A program made the translations under genes and the position numbers. DNA of 64,000 bases from Phallusia mammillata (Eukaryota), in assembly GCA_965637545.1 (NCBI GenBank), contig OZ281495.1:8184001-8248000 (forward strand). Reading direction: 5' to 3'. Of the stretch, positions 25,301-36,048 are shown piece after piece. Numbering within the stretch: the stretch's first letter is position 1; each line of letters begins with the position of its first letter. Under the pieces are notes generated by a model, which was given only the letters and a program-made list of their open reading frames with translations, searched no databases and had not been told where the DNA came from.

Positions 25301-27573
25301 GCAAAAGCCAGTGTTGCGCTGAAACTCTGTAAGTTGTAGAAATTAAATTTATTGATGCTTTTGGAAGAATTTTGTATTGATTGTGCACATGGAAAAAAGT
25401 TATGTGGCCTTGGCTTGAGGACCAAAATTGGTTATACAGCCCACCGACGAAAAATGTTGCACACCCCTGTTATAGAGTAACCTTATTTAATCGGGACCTA
25501 TATGAAATTTCCCTGTTTTTGATGCTTGGTGCTCGGCCAATCAGTTGCACATACTGACCTGAGCATTAAATGTGCATATTTATGCCCATGTGTAAGAAAC
25601 TAGTATTCGAAAGGTTATTTAAGAAAAAAAATGATTGTTTTATTAAATGCGTCATATGTTGGAATAACACACATTTCTGGGGTTTGTACAACATACACTT
25701 TTTGTAACAAATTTGTCATTCAACTGGTGTAATGCTAAACAAAATACTAGTTGTTGTTTCCAAGAACATTACACCAGTTGAACGTCAAATTTGTTAAATA
25801 TGCAACCTGGTGGACGAAACGCCTGTTGAGTATTTACAACATACACTGCCGGTGACGTAAGGGACCTTGAAAAGCTACAAAACCAGAGTGGAATTAGGAA
25901 TGTTTGTGACATCACAATGCACCAACATTCCCAGCCAAGCACCAAGCATTACCATGAGATGCTCAGTGCTCAACCAAACAATACATTTACAGTTTTGGCA
26001 CATCCCTACTAAATAGAAAGCAAAACAAGCATAAACTTTTAATGTATTAAAAAAATAGGGGTGGAATAAACTGCCTAGGTTAAGATCCTAACTACAAAAT
26101 ATATTCTTTGTTTCAGCCTATGGAAATAGATGTTGTATACTGGAAAGCAAAAGATCCAGCATTATATGATGGATCCCATTTTCCAACTACCTTTTTTGTT
26201 CTATCGGATAACTCCAGAGTCTACACAACTCCAATTATTGAACACCCAGGCCTGATGAAGGTTGGTTTATACATGCCAGTTTAATAGGGTTGTACCTAAC
26301 TGTAGGAAACATGTTCCAATTTTTCAGCTGACTAGAAGAATAAATAAAACAGTAAATATTGCCTTTGATTTCCTACGTAACTTATTTTAAAACAACCAAG
26401 CTTTTATGAAATTACAATAAATAAATAACTATAATAAAAAAGACTCTGGTTGATTTAGTTTAAAAGAAAACATGGCACAATAATTGCAATAGAACAGCTT
26501 CGTAGCATCACCATGTTGGAATATTGTTAGAAAGGTCATTCGCTTTCAGAAAAAGACTGATCTCTTGAGTTGGTGGTTAGTAATTCCACCTTATGTTAAC
26601 AATTTTCTTTTTTCTAAGTTTGTTTTTGGCCACTTGCTAAGCAAGGAACTTGAAAGAAAACAGATGTGTTGAACTAAAGTGAAGTCACCAACTTAAAGTC
26701 TAAAAGATCAAACAAAACATTATTTAACAAACTTAAAGAAAGCAACACCATGACACTAGACTCAGTATAAGATAAAACAGTAATGCAATGTCGTCCTTCC
26801 GAGAATAAGACTGTAACAAACAGTTGGTGCAGATGTTATGTAACTGAGTTTAAAGTGTTTATAATTACTACTACCTAAACATCAAATACCACAAAAAACT
26901 ATTTTGTTTCTCCCAATGGTTACATATGTTAAAAGTTCAAAAAAGAGTGTTCCCTACCCAAACTTCTGAAAAACAATAGGATTTTATGATTTATAGGTTT
27001 GTTTTCATGATGGCGTGATCATTGATCATGCACACAGAAATGACCCAAATGACGAAAAGACAAAAAAGAAGAAACATAACTTGCAAGCATTGACCGAAAT
27101 AGTCAAGAAGCATTATCCAAATCTTATACCAAATCCTATTGTTGACCACAGTTGCATATACAGTGTAGGTTTGGTTGAAAGTGATTGGAATCTGTTTTTA
27201 ATGCAAAGTGTGAAATGTTTTGAGGGTAGATGAAGCCCTGTTCTATAATAATACGCTGTTTGTTTTCTACAAGTGTGTTTAATTTTACCATGTTGTATGT
27301 GTATAGATGACTCCAGACAAAGATTTTATTATTGACCATTATTCAATTTACAAAAACATTTTAATTGGAACTGGATTTTCAGGTAATTGTAACCACTGTT
27401 TAACTCCATTTTTATCACAACAAAAAATGTGTTTTTTTGTTTTAATAGGACATGGCTTTAAACTATCTCCAGTTGCAGGAAAGATGCTTGGACAATTGGC
27501 ATTGTTTCAACAACCTTCATACCCTATGCACCATTTTTCCATTGCAAGATTTTCAAAGAAAGCTTCACTGTAA
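22379..27573 (+). CDS. PIPOX: Pipecolate/sarcosine oxidase-like flavoprotein, paralogue 3 (ends ...KKASL*)
   Basis: Exons 22379-22477, 22964-23112, 23441-23645, 24771-24959, 26117-26260, 26997-27164, 27307-27382, 27449-27573. YEVIVCGSGIVG, GSSHGPSRVFR, HSCIYS-MTPD, GFSGHGFKLSPVAG; same intron positions as paralogues 1 and 2. Confidence 0.9.
23740..23969. mobile_element. hAT MITE in PIPOX-3 intron 3
   Basis: cagtagttccc...gaaaaccactg; perfect 8-bp TSD gcctagac. Confidence 0.82.
23990..24062. repeat. Tandem duplication of ~37 bp
   Basis: acctgccttccaact..ggccagtt(c)caagtgatt occurs twice. Confidence 0.85.
25014..25469. mobile_element. hAT (Charlie-like) MITE in PIPOX-3 intron 4
   Basis: caggggcttgcaaca...tgttgcacacccctg; perfect 8-bp TSD ttatagag. 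Confidence 0.88.
25520..26008 (-). mobile_element. hAT MITE family A copy, truncated at one end, carrying an internal insertion
   Basis: Matches 4708-5075 (ccggtgacgtaag, gagatgctc, cagttttggcacatcccta). Confidence 0.75.
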
Positions 27574-29144
27574 TGTTGTAACTTTTTTGTGTGTTGCATA
27601 AATTATTACCCCGAACAAAGTTTTTAATTTCGTTTTTCTATTTGACTGACCTGCGCAAATTGTATCACTGGCTTTACCTAGTCTTTTTGTGCATCAATTA
27701 ATTACTATTATTTATCTATTTTTGAAAGGCATATCCTTTTTAACAAAAACTGGTGCAGTTGAAAATCAGATGTGTTTTTCCTTTTCCTGCTTTTACTCAT
27801 TTTAACTACTTATTTAGCATTTTAAACCAGCTAAAATGGCTTTAGCTTAGAAAATGTTAGTTTTTAGTATTTGTATTAAAGTCGTCCAGTATTTGTTTTG
27901 TTTTTTGTTCATTCTTCAATAGCAAAGTTGGTAACATAACAGTGTAGCAACGTGTATTTTATATTTTTGTGTATTTTTATTTTAGCGGCCACATCAGACA
28001 AGTCCAGGCAATTTTGTCTTTCCTTTAAAGTCTAGCGGCCTTAGATTTCGTTAATCGTAAAAACTTTTCTTGTAGCCCCCTTCGTTGTGTAGTAATTGTT
28101 TCGGTGCGACACCCACTTTGGTCTGAGCTACAATAACGCGTTGTCGCTTGGCTATATATTTGAGTTTGCTAATTCAAGAATTTACTTATACTTACTTACT
28201 AAAACACTCACTTACTTAGATCGCCAACGTACCTTACGTTAGTTGTAGTTTATAAATTTTGTTTAATAAACCTTGTTTTAGGTCCTAGTTGTTATTAGTC
28301 AGGTGTCGTTCAGAGTTTTATTTTTGGAGTCAGATCGCGCATTTGCAGCAATCGGCCAAATTTCTTTTTATTTGCCACAACAGCATTCGCACCCGATATA
28401 ACGCATTATAGCGAATGTTTGGTGTCGCCTAAGATATGTATTAAAATCGTCCGAAATTTTGCTCACGCAAAAATGGTTTCGGTTTCGATGCGATCTAAAT
28501 GGAATGTTTGACAAAAAAACTGGTGCGTAAACCGTTTCTTTTCCGCGTAGATCACAAAATCTTTGAAAATAAGCAAAAGCTACCAAAGCGTGAATCAGCG
28601 AAAGGAGTAATGTGTGTGCTTGATGACCCTAGTGAAATAATACTATTTGGAATTTGCAAATGACAATCGCATTATTATGACAAAGTGCTTCAGCCCCTCC
28701 AAATATGTGGAAATACCAGTGGTCCCGACTCAGTCATGGATTACGCGTGACCGAGAGTAACCCTAAAGTGGGCGTCAGATCAGCTGACCTCTTGATTCTT
28801 GATACGCTTGACTGATTTCTAGAGTTGTAAATACAAATCGCTTGTTTGGCGACAAAGTTTTTGTTTTATTTAAATCGTTTATTTATGCTGTTGGTTATCT
28901 TGTTCTAAAGGTTTAAACAACATTTTTGTAGCTAAAAAACGTCTGATTTTGTAGCTTGTTTTAGTCAAACTGGTTTAGTGTTTTTAGACCAGGAAATATC
29001 GTTAATTTGGGTAAAAAGAAGAGATATATACGTCTTAGAAAAATTATATCACAAATGGTTTAGCTCGTTTGAAATAGGGTAAATAGTTTCATATGTTTTT
29101 GTATTGAATAGATTGTGTGTGTATTTTATTATATTGTCCATGAA

Positions 29145-32100
29145 ATGGTTGTTGCAACTTTGCCCTGTACATATGTGTATTCATTTCAAACCTTAAAAGT
29201 GTACAACTCCTGCAAAAAGCCAAGAAAATGCCTGGGTTCAACTGGTCACCTGTTTACAAGAGGTTCAAGGACTCATAAACAAAGCACTGGACGACACCAG
29301 GTGATCAGTTCCATTAAAGAAAGACTCAAATTCAACCCATTTCAAACCAAAAACATATTTGCCTCAATCAAAACAGTTTACTTACAAGTTAAGGTAAAGT
29401 GCCATCAGCGAGTGCAGTCTTTTTATCTGATTCCAGTTCATTTATCGCACACAAGATCCACAATGTATGGTGCTGTATCCCACATACTTCCCAGTAGTTC
29501 TAAAAGTATGTGGTCCAAGATTCAGCATCCATGGAACTTGTTGCAAGCCGGCACTGTCAAGAGAAAAAAGCTGACCCTACAAAACAGTGACACGCAGCAA
29601 GGACCACTAGTTTATTTCTCATCATCTCAATTGGAAAAACCACAAAATAACATCGAAAATGGACACAATGGTCAAACATCCGATGATGATAATTGTGATG
29701 GGGGGAGTAAGGATAAAGATAGTAAAAAACTTACTGACAAGATGGACTACCGCAATTCTAAGTTAGAAGATATTGATGAAAGTAAAGTGTCTCATTCCCA
29801 GTATGATTTCCTCATACAAAGAATAGAGAACACACCATCTAGTGAAGAAAATGCTGGGTCACTGCTGTCTTCAGTGAAGCAGTTTGTAGAGATGCCAGTT
29901 AATAGTTTTTTCAGTTTTATTTCTCAGACAAACCTGTTGGACAAACCAGAAAATGGTACTGCATCCTCCAATGACCAAAACCCTAAAGAGGAAAAAGGGT
30001 TAAGTGTACAAATCAATAAAAACGAAGAAGAATCCCCTGCTCCTGTATCTTTGCTGGATAGCCTATACAAGTTTATACCCTACATATCGACGCCAGGAAA
30101 TTCTAAAGGCAATGAAAAGTTAAATGAAAAAAAGCTTGACGAGGCTCATAAAGAGGCATTACGAATTCAGGTACCATTTTTTAAATGGATTATGGAAATG
30201 TTGCAGACAGTGCACACTGTTTTGGCCTATAAGGTCTCAGTGCAGCTGGTGACTAGAGATAGGTCATATTGGCTAGTGTAGCCAAAGGCACTTCGTTACA
30301 CCTTTTTATGTTTTTCTATCAAGTGTTAAAACAGTGAACTGCTTTTTCCATGTTGATTGGTGTTTTTTATGTAAATATTACAGTAGTTTACCAATGCTGC
30401 TTGTTTTTGCGCAGAGACAAAAAGACAGGATTGCTCAAAAAGTTGAAATAAACAACCGGACTCGCCAGTTGATACAGAGTATCAGGGATGCAAATAGCAT
30501 GTCCACGATCTGCCAAAATGTTGATGATCTGAAAAATCATTTGCTTCAATTTCCTGATACAAGAATTACAGCTGTGAAGGTTTGAGGAAAAGCATTTTCA
30601 ATATCCTACCTCAATTGCAGCAGCTAGTTAAAGCAGTGTTTACTTAGAATTATTAGAAATTCGTTTGTGTTATTAATTTACTATCAAAGCTGTAAACAAA
30701 TTTTGCTATACCTGGGTTTAATAGTTGTTCTTTTATTTATGCCCAGCTAAGTTTAATTACTGATTTTGACTTGGAAGGTCGAGTAAACACATTGTAGCAG
30801 GGAGATGTACATGTATTATAGTTATGAGATTTACCATTTATATTAGTTGCTAAAAGTATGCTTAGCCAGTACTGTGTGCATCTTTAACTGTTTGTGTTAT
30901 TTTAGCAAAACGCCATTCGAGAGATAACCCACATCTACAGAACCACACTTGACAAAGACATACTACCCACGCTAAGAATGACCCTTGCCCTACTCGGGTC
31001 TGTTGATCCACCAAAGCAGCGAGGAATTAGAGTTTTGTGCATTGATGGTGGTGGTTGCAGGTATTTGCTTTAAAATAGTACAACAATGACAACATGTCCT
31101 AAAAATACATAAAGGATTAAATTCCAGTTAATGCAAAAATTTCTTTTCCATTATTAGAGTGAAAGTACCCTGTATTTTTAGGCCACATAGGAGCACTGTC
31201 TTCTTTATTTGAACAACATTTTTTGCAGGGGTATTCTGTCTTTGGAAATATTTCGCCGAATGATGGAATTAAGTGGAAAGCAAATTCATGAAATGTTTGA
31301 CTACATTTGCGGGGTCAGCACCGGTGCAATTCTAGCTTTTTTGCTCGGAATAAAGCGAATTCCAATTGAAGACATTGAGTCCATCTACAGGTTCCAAAAT
31401 TGTTTGTGATTTTTAACTGACTTAGCTTTCTATGTAAATGTGATAAGCCAGAACTGCAAATATTACATTAAGTCTATGCAGGCATGTATGGTTGGGTATA
31501 GGTTTTTTTTTATATGGAACATGCCTTTCATGAAGTGAACAGGTGCTAATGACCCTTGTTTTGTGTTTATTTGTTAACCTATTATTCTAAATCATTTAAT
31601 AACTTTTGGTTGAGCACCAAGCATGACATTTAATGTTTAAATAAAAAATGACTACAAAAAGTCTATTCTTGGCACTTATGAGCTAATTTTACAGTATGTT
31701 GCTATGATGCAATGAGTGGGTTTATTGACAGTTAAATGAAGGTCTGTGCCTCTCATAAAATTTCAACGTTGTTTCCAGGCAACTTGGTTCGGAGGTTTTT
31801 AATCAAAGTCGACTTGTTGGAACTGGCAAACTTATGGTATCACATGCTTACTACAACACTGAAACTTTGCAGAAAATCTTATGCACAGTGTTTGGTAGGT
31901 ACCTTATTTTTTTCTATGTTGTTATATGTGCCTTTATGCACCGACTGCAATATTATGATTACAAGCAAATTATGATTAACTGCAGCAGACAGTACACACT
32001 ATTTTGACCTATATGATCTTAAGAGAATGTCCATGTGAGGTAATGTAGCTACCTTAGGGCACTCCAGCTTACCATGTATTGGATTGATGTGTTTTTTTTT

Positions 32101-34389
32101 TGTATTGATTAACCAAGCTATACTGTTCCAACCTACAAGGTCTCATTAGTGCAGCTGGGGACAAGAGATAGGCTATCTTGGCTAGTGTAGCCATCCAATG
32201 GCCATCCAGTTTGTTGGGAGCAGCAGACTAAAAAGCAATGCTTTGCCTATTCTGTTCGATGCCATAACTTGGCAGCAACCACAGAGGAAATCGGCTCAGC
32301 AACTTTTTGCGATCTGAAACAGTGTGCACTGTCTGCAGCTTGCCATTTATTGGCTTAATGCTTTCAAACCAAGTAATGTTTTTGTATTTTGATTAGGTGA
32401 TAAGTTGTTGATTGAAACTGCTGCACATGAAGATGCACCAAAGTGCAGCGCTGTATCAACTTTGGTTAACAGAATGATGCTTAAACCATATGTGTGGAGA
32501 AATTACAGGTAGCCATTATACACTGTATGTAACCTAAGCAAACAGAATTATAAGGTTCCAAACAAATGGTTTGGCATGTAGACCACTTTTATGGTTTCAA
32601 ACAAGTGCATTTTACCACACCATAATACCTTTACTGTAGTTACTTTATTGTTATAGTATTGTTCCTGGTACAAGACTTACCCACTGGCCTGGTACTTGTC
32701 GGGGAAAATTATGGGAGGCTCTACGTGCTTCATCAGCTGCCCCTGGTTATTTCGAAGAGTTTAAGAAACACCACAATATTCACCAGGTGACTCACATGTC
32801 TTAATATTTCAAATGTAAAAATGTATTGTCTTTGTCAAACCCATAAAATGTTTGGTTTTCTAACCATTAACCAGCATACAGATGCGTTTTTTTTTCATTC
32901 TTTGGTTTGCATTTGTAGATACCTTCCTTAATTGTTATGTACACTGAAAGCATACATTTCAAAATTCCTTGTATTTATGCACAAAAACTAGTAAACATTT
33001 TGTTATTAAAGGATGGTGGCTTATTGACAAACAATCCAACTGGTGTTGCATTAAATGAATGCAGTCTCTTGTGGCCAAACTCACCTATACAGTGTGTGGT
33101 GTCTGTTGGAACTGGACGTTACGAGCCAAATGTTGGTCCGACCAGCGATCAATTTTTGACACTAAAAGACAAATTGCTGAAAGTTGTGGACAGTGCAACA
33201 AGTGTATCAGGTGACAATTCGTTAGGTTACAGTTATAATTGAATTAAATTTCCAGTGGCGGTATAATTTTTTTTAAACATTCGTTTGAATGGTGTTTTGT
33301 TAAAGAAGGTTTTGATGGGATATCTTTGTCAATGAAATTGTCGGTGTACACATACCAACTGAAAAAAGTGGATTAATACACTGTCGCACGAATAGTAAAA
33401 CACTAGCTGAATACAGTAAAACGAGTGCATATTCTTCCTTTAGCTTTCTGTAGAGAAATATTTTTCTTTTGGTAATGAGATCGCTACCAAACATATATAC
33501 TATAGTTGATAACCCAATACCTACTCTATTATTTATGACAAAAAATCCCCAAATTAAACTTGGAAATATGGTTGAAATCGGCTGGCTCGCGACTGCTATG
33601 TCCTATGTGCAAAGCTTGATTTCGCATAATGTGGCGTTTATCAATATACCTGCTTTGTGTATTGTTTACTTTTGTGATGCAAAAACTTCCGGGAAGGCCT
33701 TTGCTATGCAATTATAGTGATGTGCTGCTTATCTCTGTCTCAGTAAAGTTGTTTTTATTTTCAGAGGTTCACACAGTCATGTACGATCTGCTACCGGATG
33801 GCACCTACTTCCGGTTCAACCCATTTATACGAGGTAAGATAAAGCCGTTCCCGACTATTTCCATCGAAGCTAGTTTATTGCCGTTTAAGTTGCATATGTG
33901 GAGGATTTATAACACGGTGCAACGCATTGCGTCTTACCGATTAGGCAACATATTTTACCAGTAAAGTATTGTTACGTCAAACATTTGTGACGTCATAAAT
34001 TGTTACGTCATCATACAATGTTACGTCATATGACTGTGACGTCACATCTCAGACATGTCCGCTAGAGCATTTATTCTTCTACTGTAATAACCTATGGAAA
34101 AATACGTCATTCATATGCAACGTCATATAAGCATGACGCCATGACTCGAGCACCAAGAAGCAAATATGATTGTATGGTATTCACAAACACTGTAGTTTTT
34201 CCAATTATAATTAAAAAGACTTAAATCTAAACATGCAATCATGTAGAGCCACTTCAGCTGGACGATTTCGAACCAGACAAACTGGATATGTTGGTTGAGG
34301 ACGCACGTGATTACATCGACAAAAACGACTACAAGTTTCGCGCCTGCGTAAATACCTTGGGTAGTGGTAAGGCGATGTTTGCCAGGTGA
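29145..34389 (+). CDS. PNPLA8: Calcium-independent phospholipase A2 gamma (patatin domain); start codon uncertain
   Basis: Long first coding exon ending at 30170, then 30415-30579, 30906-31060, 31229-31390, 31779-31894, 32397-32508, 32657-32786, 33012-33210, 33765-33833, 34247-34389. Patatin motifs DGGGCRG, GVSTG, RASSAAPGYF, DGG, YFRFNP. Confidence 0.88.
31982..32340. mobile_element. MITE family C (termini (A)GCTGCAGACAGTGCACACTG); related pieces near 30201, 44755, 57597-57669 and 57857
   Basis: Inverted ends gcagcagacagtacacactatttt / gaaacagtgtgcactgtctgcagct; the internal block aggtctc..agtgcagctgg recurs at the other loci. Confidence 0.7.
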
Positions 34390-35290
34390 CGATCTGCACG
34401 TCGCATTGTCGAGCAATAGAAATCATACGTACGCGGGATGTTCTTCGCTGCCTCATCATCTGCAGTGTCTATGTTTTGCAATTCATTTTAGGTTTCTTAC
34501 TAGATGTTTACGTTTTAGCCCATAGACTATTGGCTCTAATGGTACATGTACAAAGTTTTTGAGATTATTTTCTTTCTTAGTTGTTGCTTGTCTGTTCTGT
34601 TGTTTAACCTATTAGTCCGTTACTTTGTAAGGAGACGGACGACAAAATTTGTTCGAGATGCTAGTTGGATTAGCGCCTGGGTTCTGGTCCTATTTTGTCA
34701 TCTTGTCTGGTGCGATTGAAAGACCCATTATTGACTTGCACACTCATTGTCCATTCTATTTGTTTGTGCAAACAAACATCAAATCTGAAGTTCTACTGTT
34801 TTTGGCAATACATCTCAGTCGCAATGCAGCAAGCATTTGCGCGTTAAGAGTAATCAATTAAAAAGAAAACCCGCTGGACCTAATAGCACGTTGTATTTGG
34901 TTAGTTACTATCTACATGTAAGTTATCAGCAATTTGCAAAGTGCCGTGATCTTTTGGTCTGTTTTAAGTCTTGTTGGTTTAAATTGTAGGTGTTTTATGT
35001 TTTTCCCAGTTTGTCAGCGTTTGTTACCCTTTTTGCACTGTGCATAGAAATCTTAAATAATAATTTCTTTACTTTTGTCATTTTGTCGTACACTGAAATA
35101 CAGCGCCGCAGGTGTGGTTGCTTGTTCTTCTAATACAAAAATAACACTCTTTGATGGCCTTTCATACTTTATCGCGGCTTTGTAGTTAATTCACAATGTA
35201 CACTTACTTTTATGCTAAACCTAACCCCCTCGCTGTGACATGTTCTGTGGAAACAGCCCTAATTACAAAATAGCCTAATGCGAAAATTTT

Positions 35291-35675
35291 TAGGGATGGG
35301 CCAAAACTGCAACTGTTCTGTTTGGTCAAGCACCGAGCATCTCACGTTCGGTGAATTGTGACGTCACAAACATTCCCAACTCCACTCTAGTTTTATAGCT
35401 TTACGAGGTCCCTTACGTAACCAGTGGTGTATTAAACTGTACAGACCCGGAAGATAGGCGCATTTCCACCATGCAACGAATTTAAACAACAATCATTTTT
35501 GTTCTTGAGTACCGTTATGAAGTATAAACACTAGTTTTGTATGTTTGCATGGCATGAATATACAAACTTAATACTCTGGTCAGTTTGTGCAACTGCTCGG
35601 CTGAGCACCGAGTAACAAAAACAGCGATACTCAGTACCGAGTACTCGGGTTCTGGCTCGGCTCGGCCCATCCCTA
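35291..35675 (+). mobile_element. hAT MITE family A copy between PNPLA8 and the FucT gene
   Basis: tagggatgggccaaaac...ctcggcccatcccta; same interior as 4330-4675; TSD not recognisable. Confidence 0.82.
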
Positions 35676-36048
35676 TTATTTATTGGAGGCAGAAAGAAAA
35701 TCCGTTTTTTATGACCTTTGAAACCAGTGTTTGCGAGGAGGTCAGGTCTAAAACGTGTTAGATTTGGACGTGATTCGGGGTTGTGTAACGGTTAAATTGC
35801 ACAGTTTTTGTATGTTTTAAACGCTTGTCGAATGCAAAAGGTCGCGCAAAAATTAGGAAATTGAAGGAAGTCTCAAACTAAAAATTTTGGCAAGCACTCG
35901 TGTAAATTGTTAAATCAAAGCAAAAGGTACGATTGTAGTAGAAGCACGCCATGTATTTTAGACCCATCAACCTTATAAAGCTTATCATGTCATCGAAGGC
36001 TGCAATACTTTACTTGTAGCAAGTTGCGACTACGCTAGCAGTCATTGC

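Noticed and set aside
34247-34389. Missing PTS1 at the PNPLA8 C-terminus (ends GKAMFAR, whereas human ends SKL)
   Set aside because: Real difference, but I cannot tell whether invertebrate orthologues normally carry it; too weak to call a finding.
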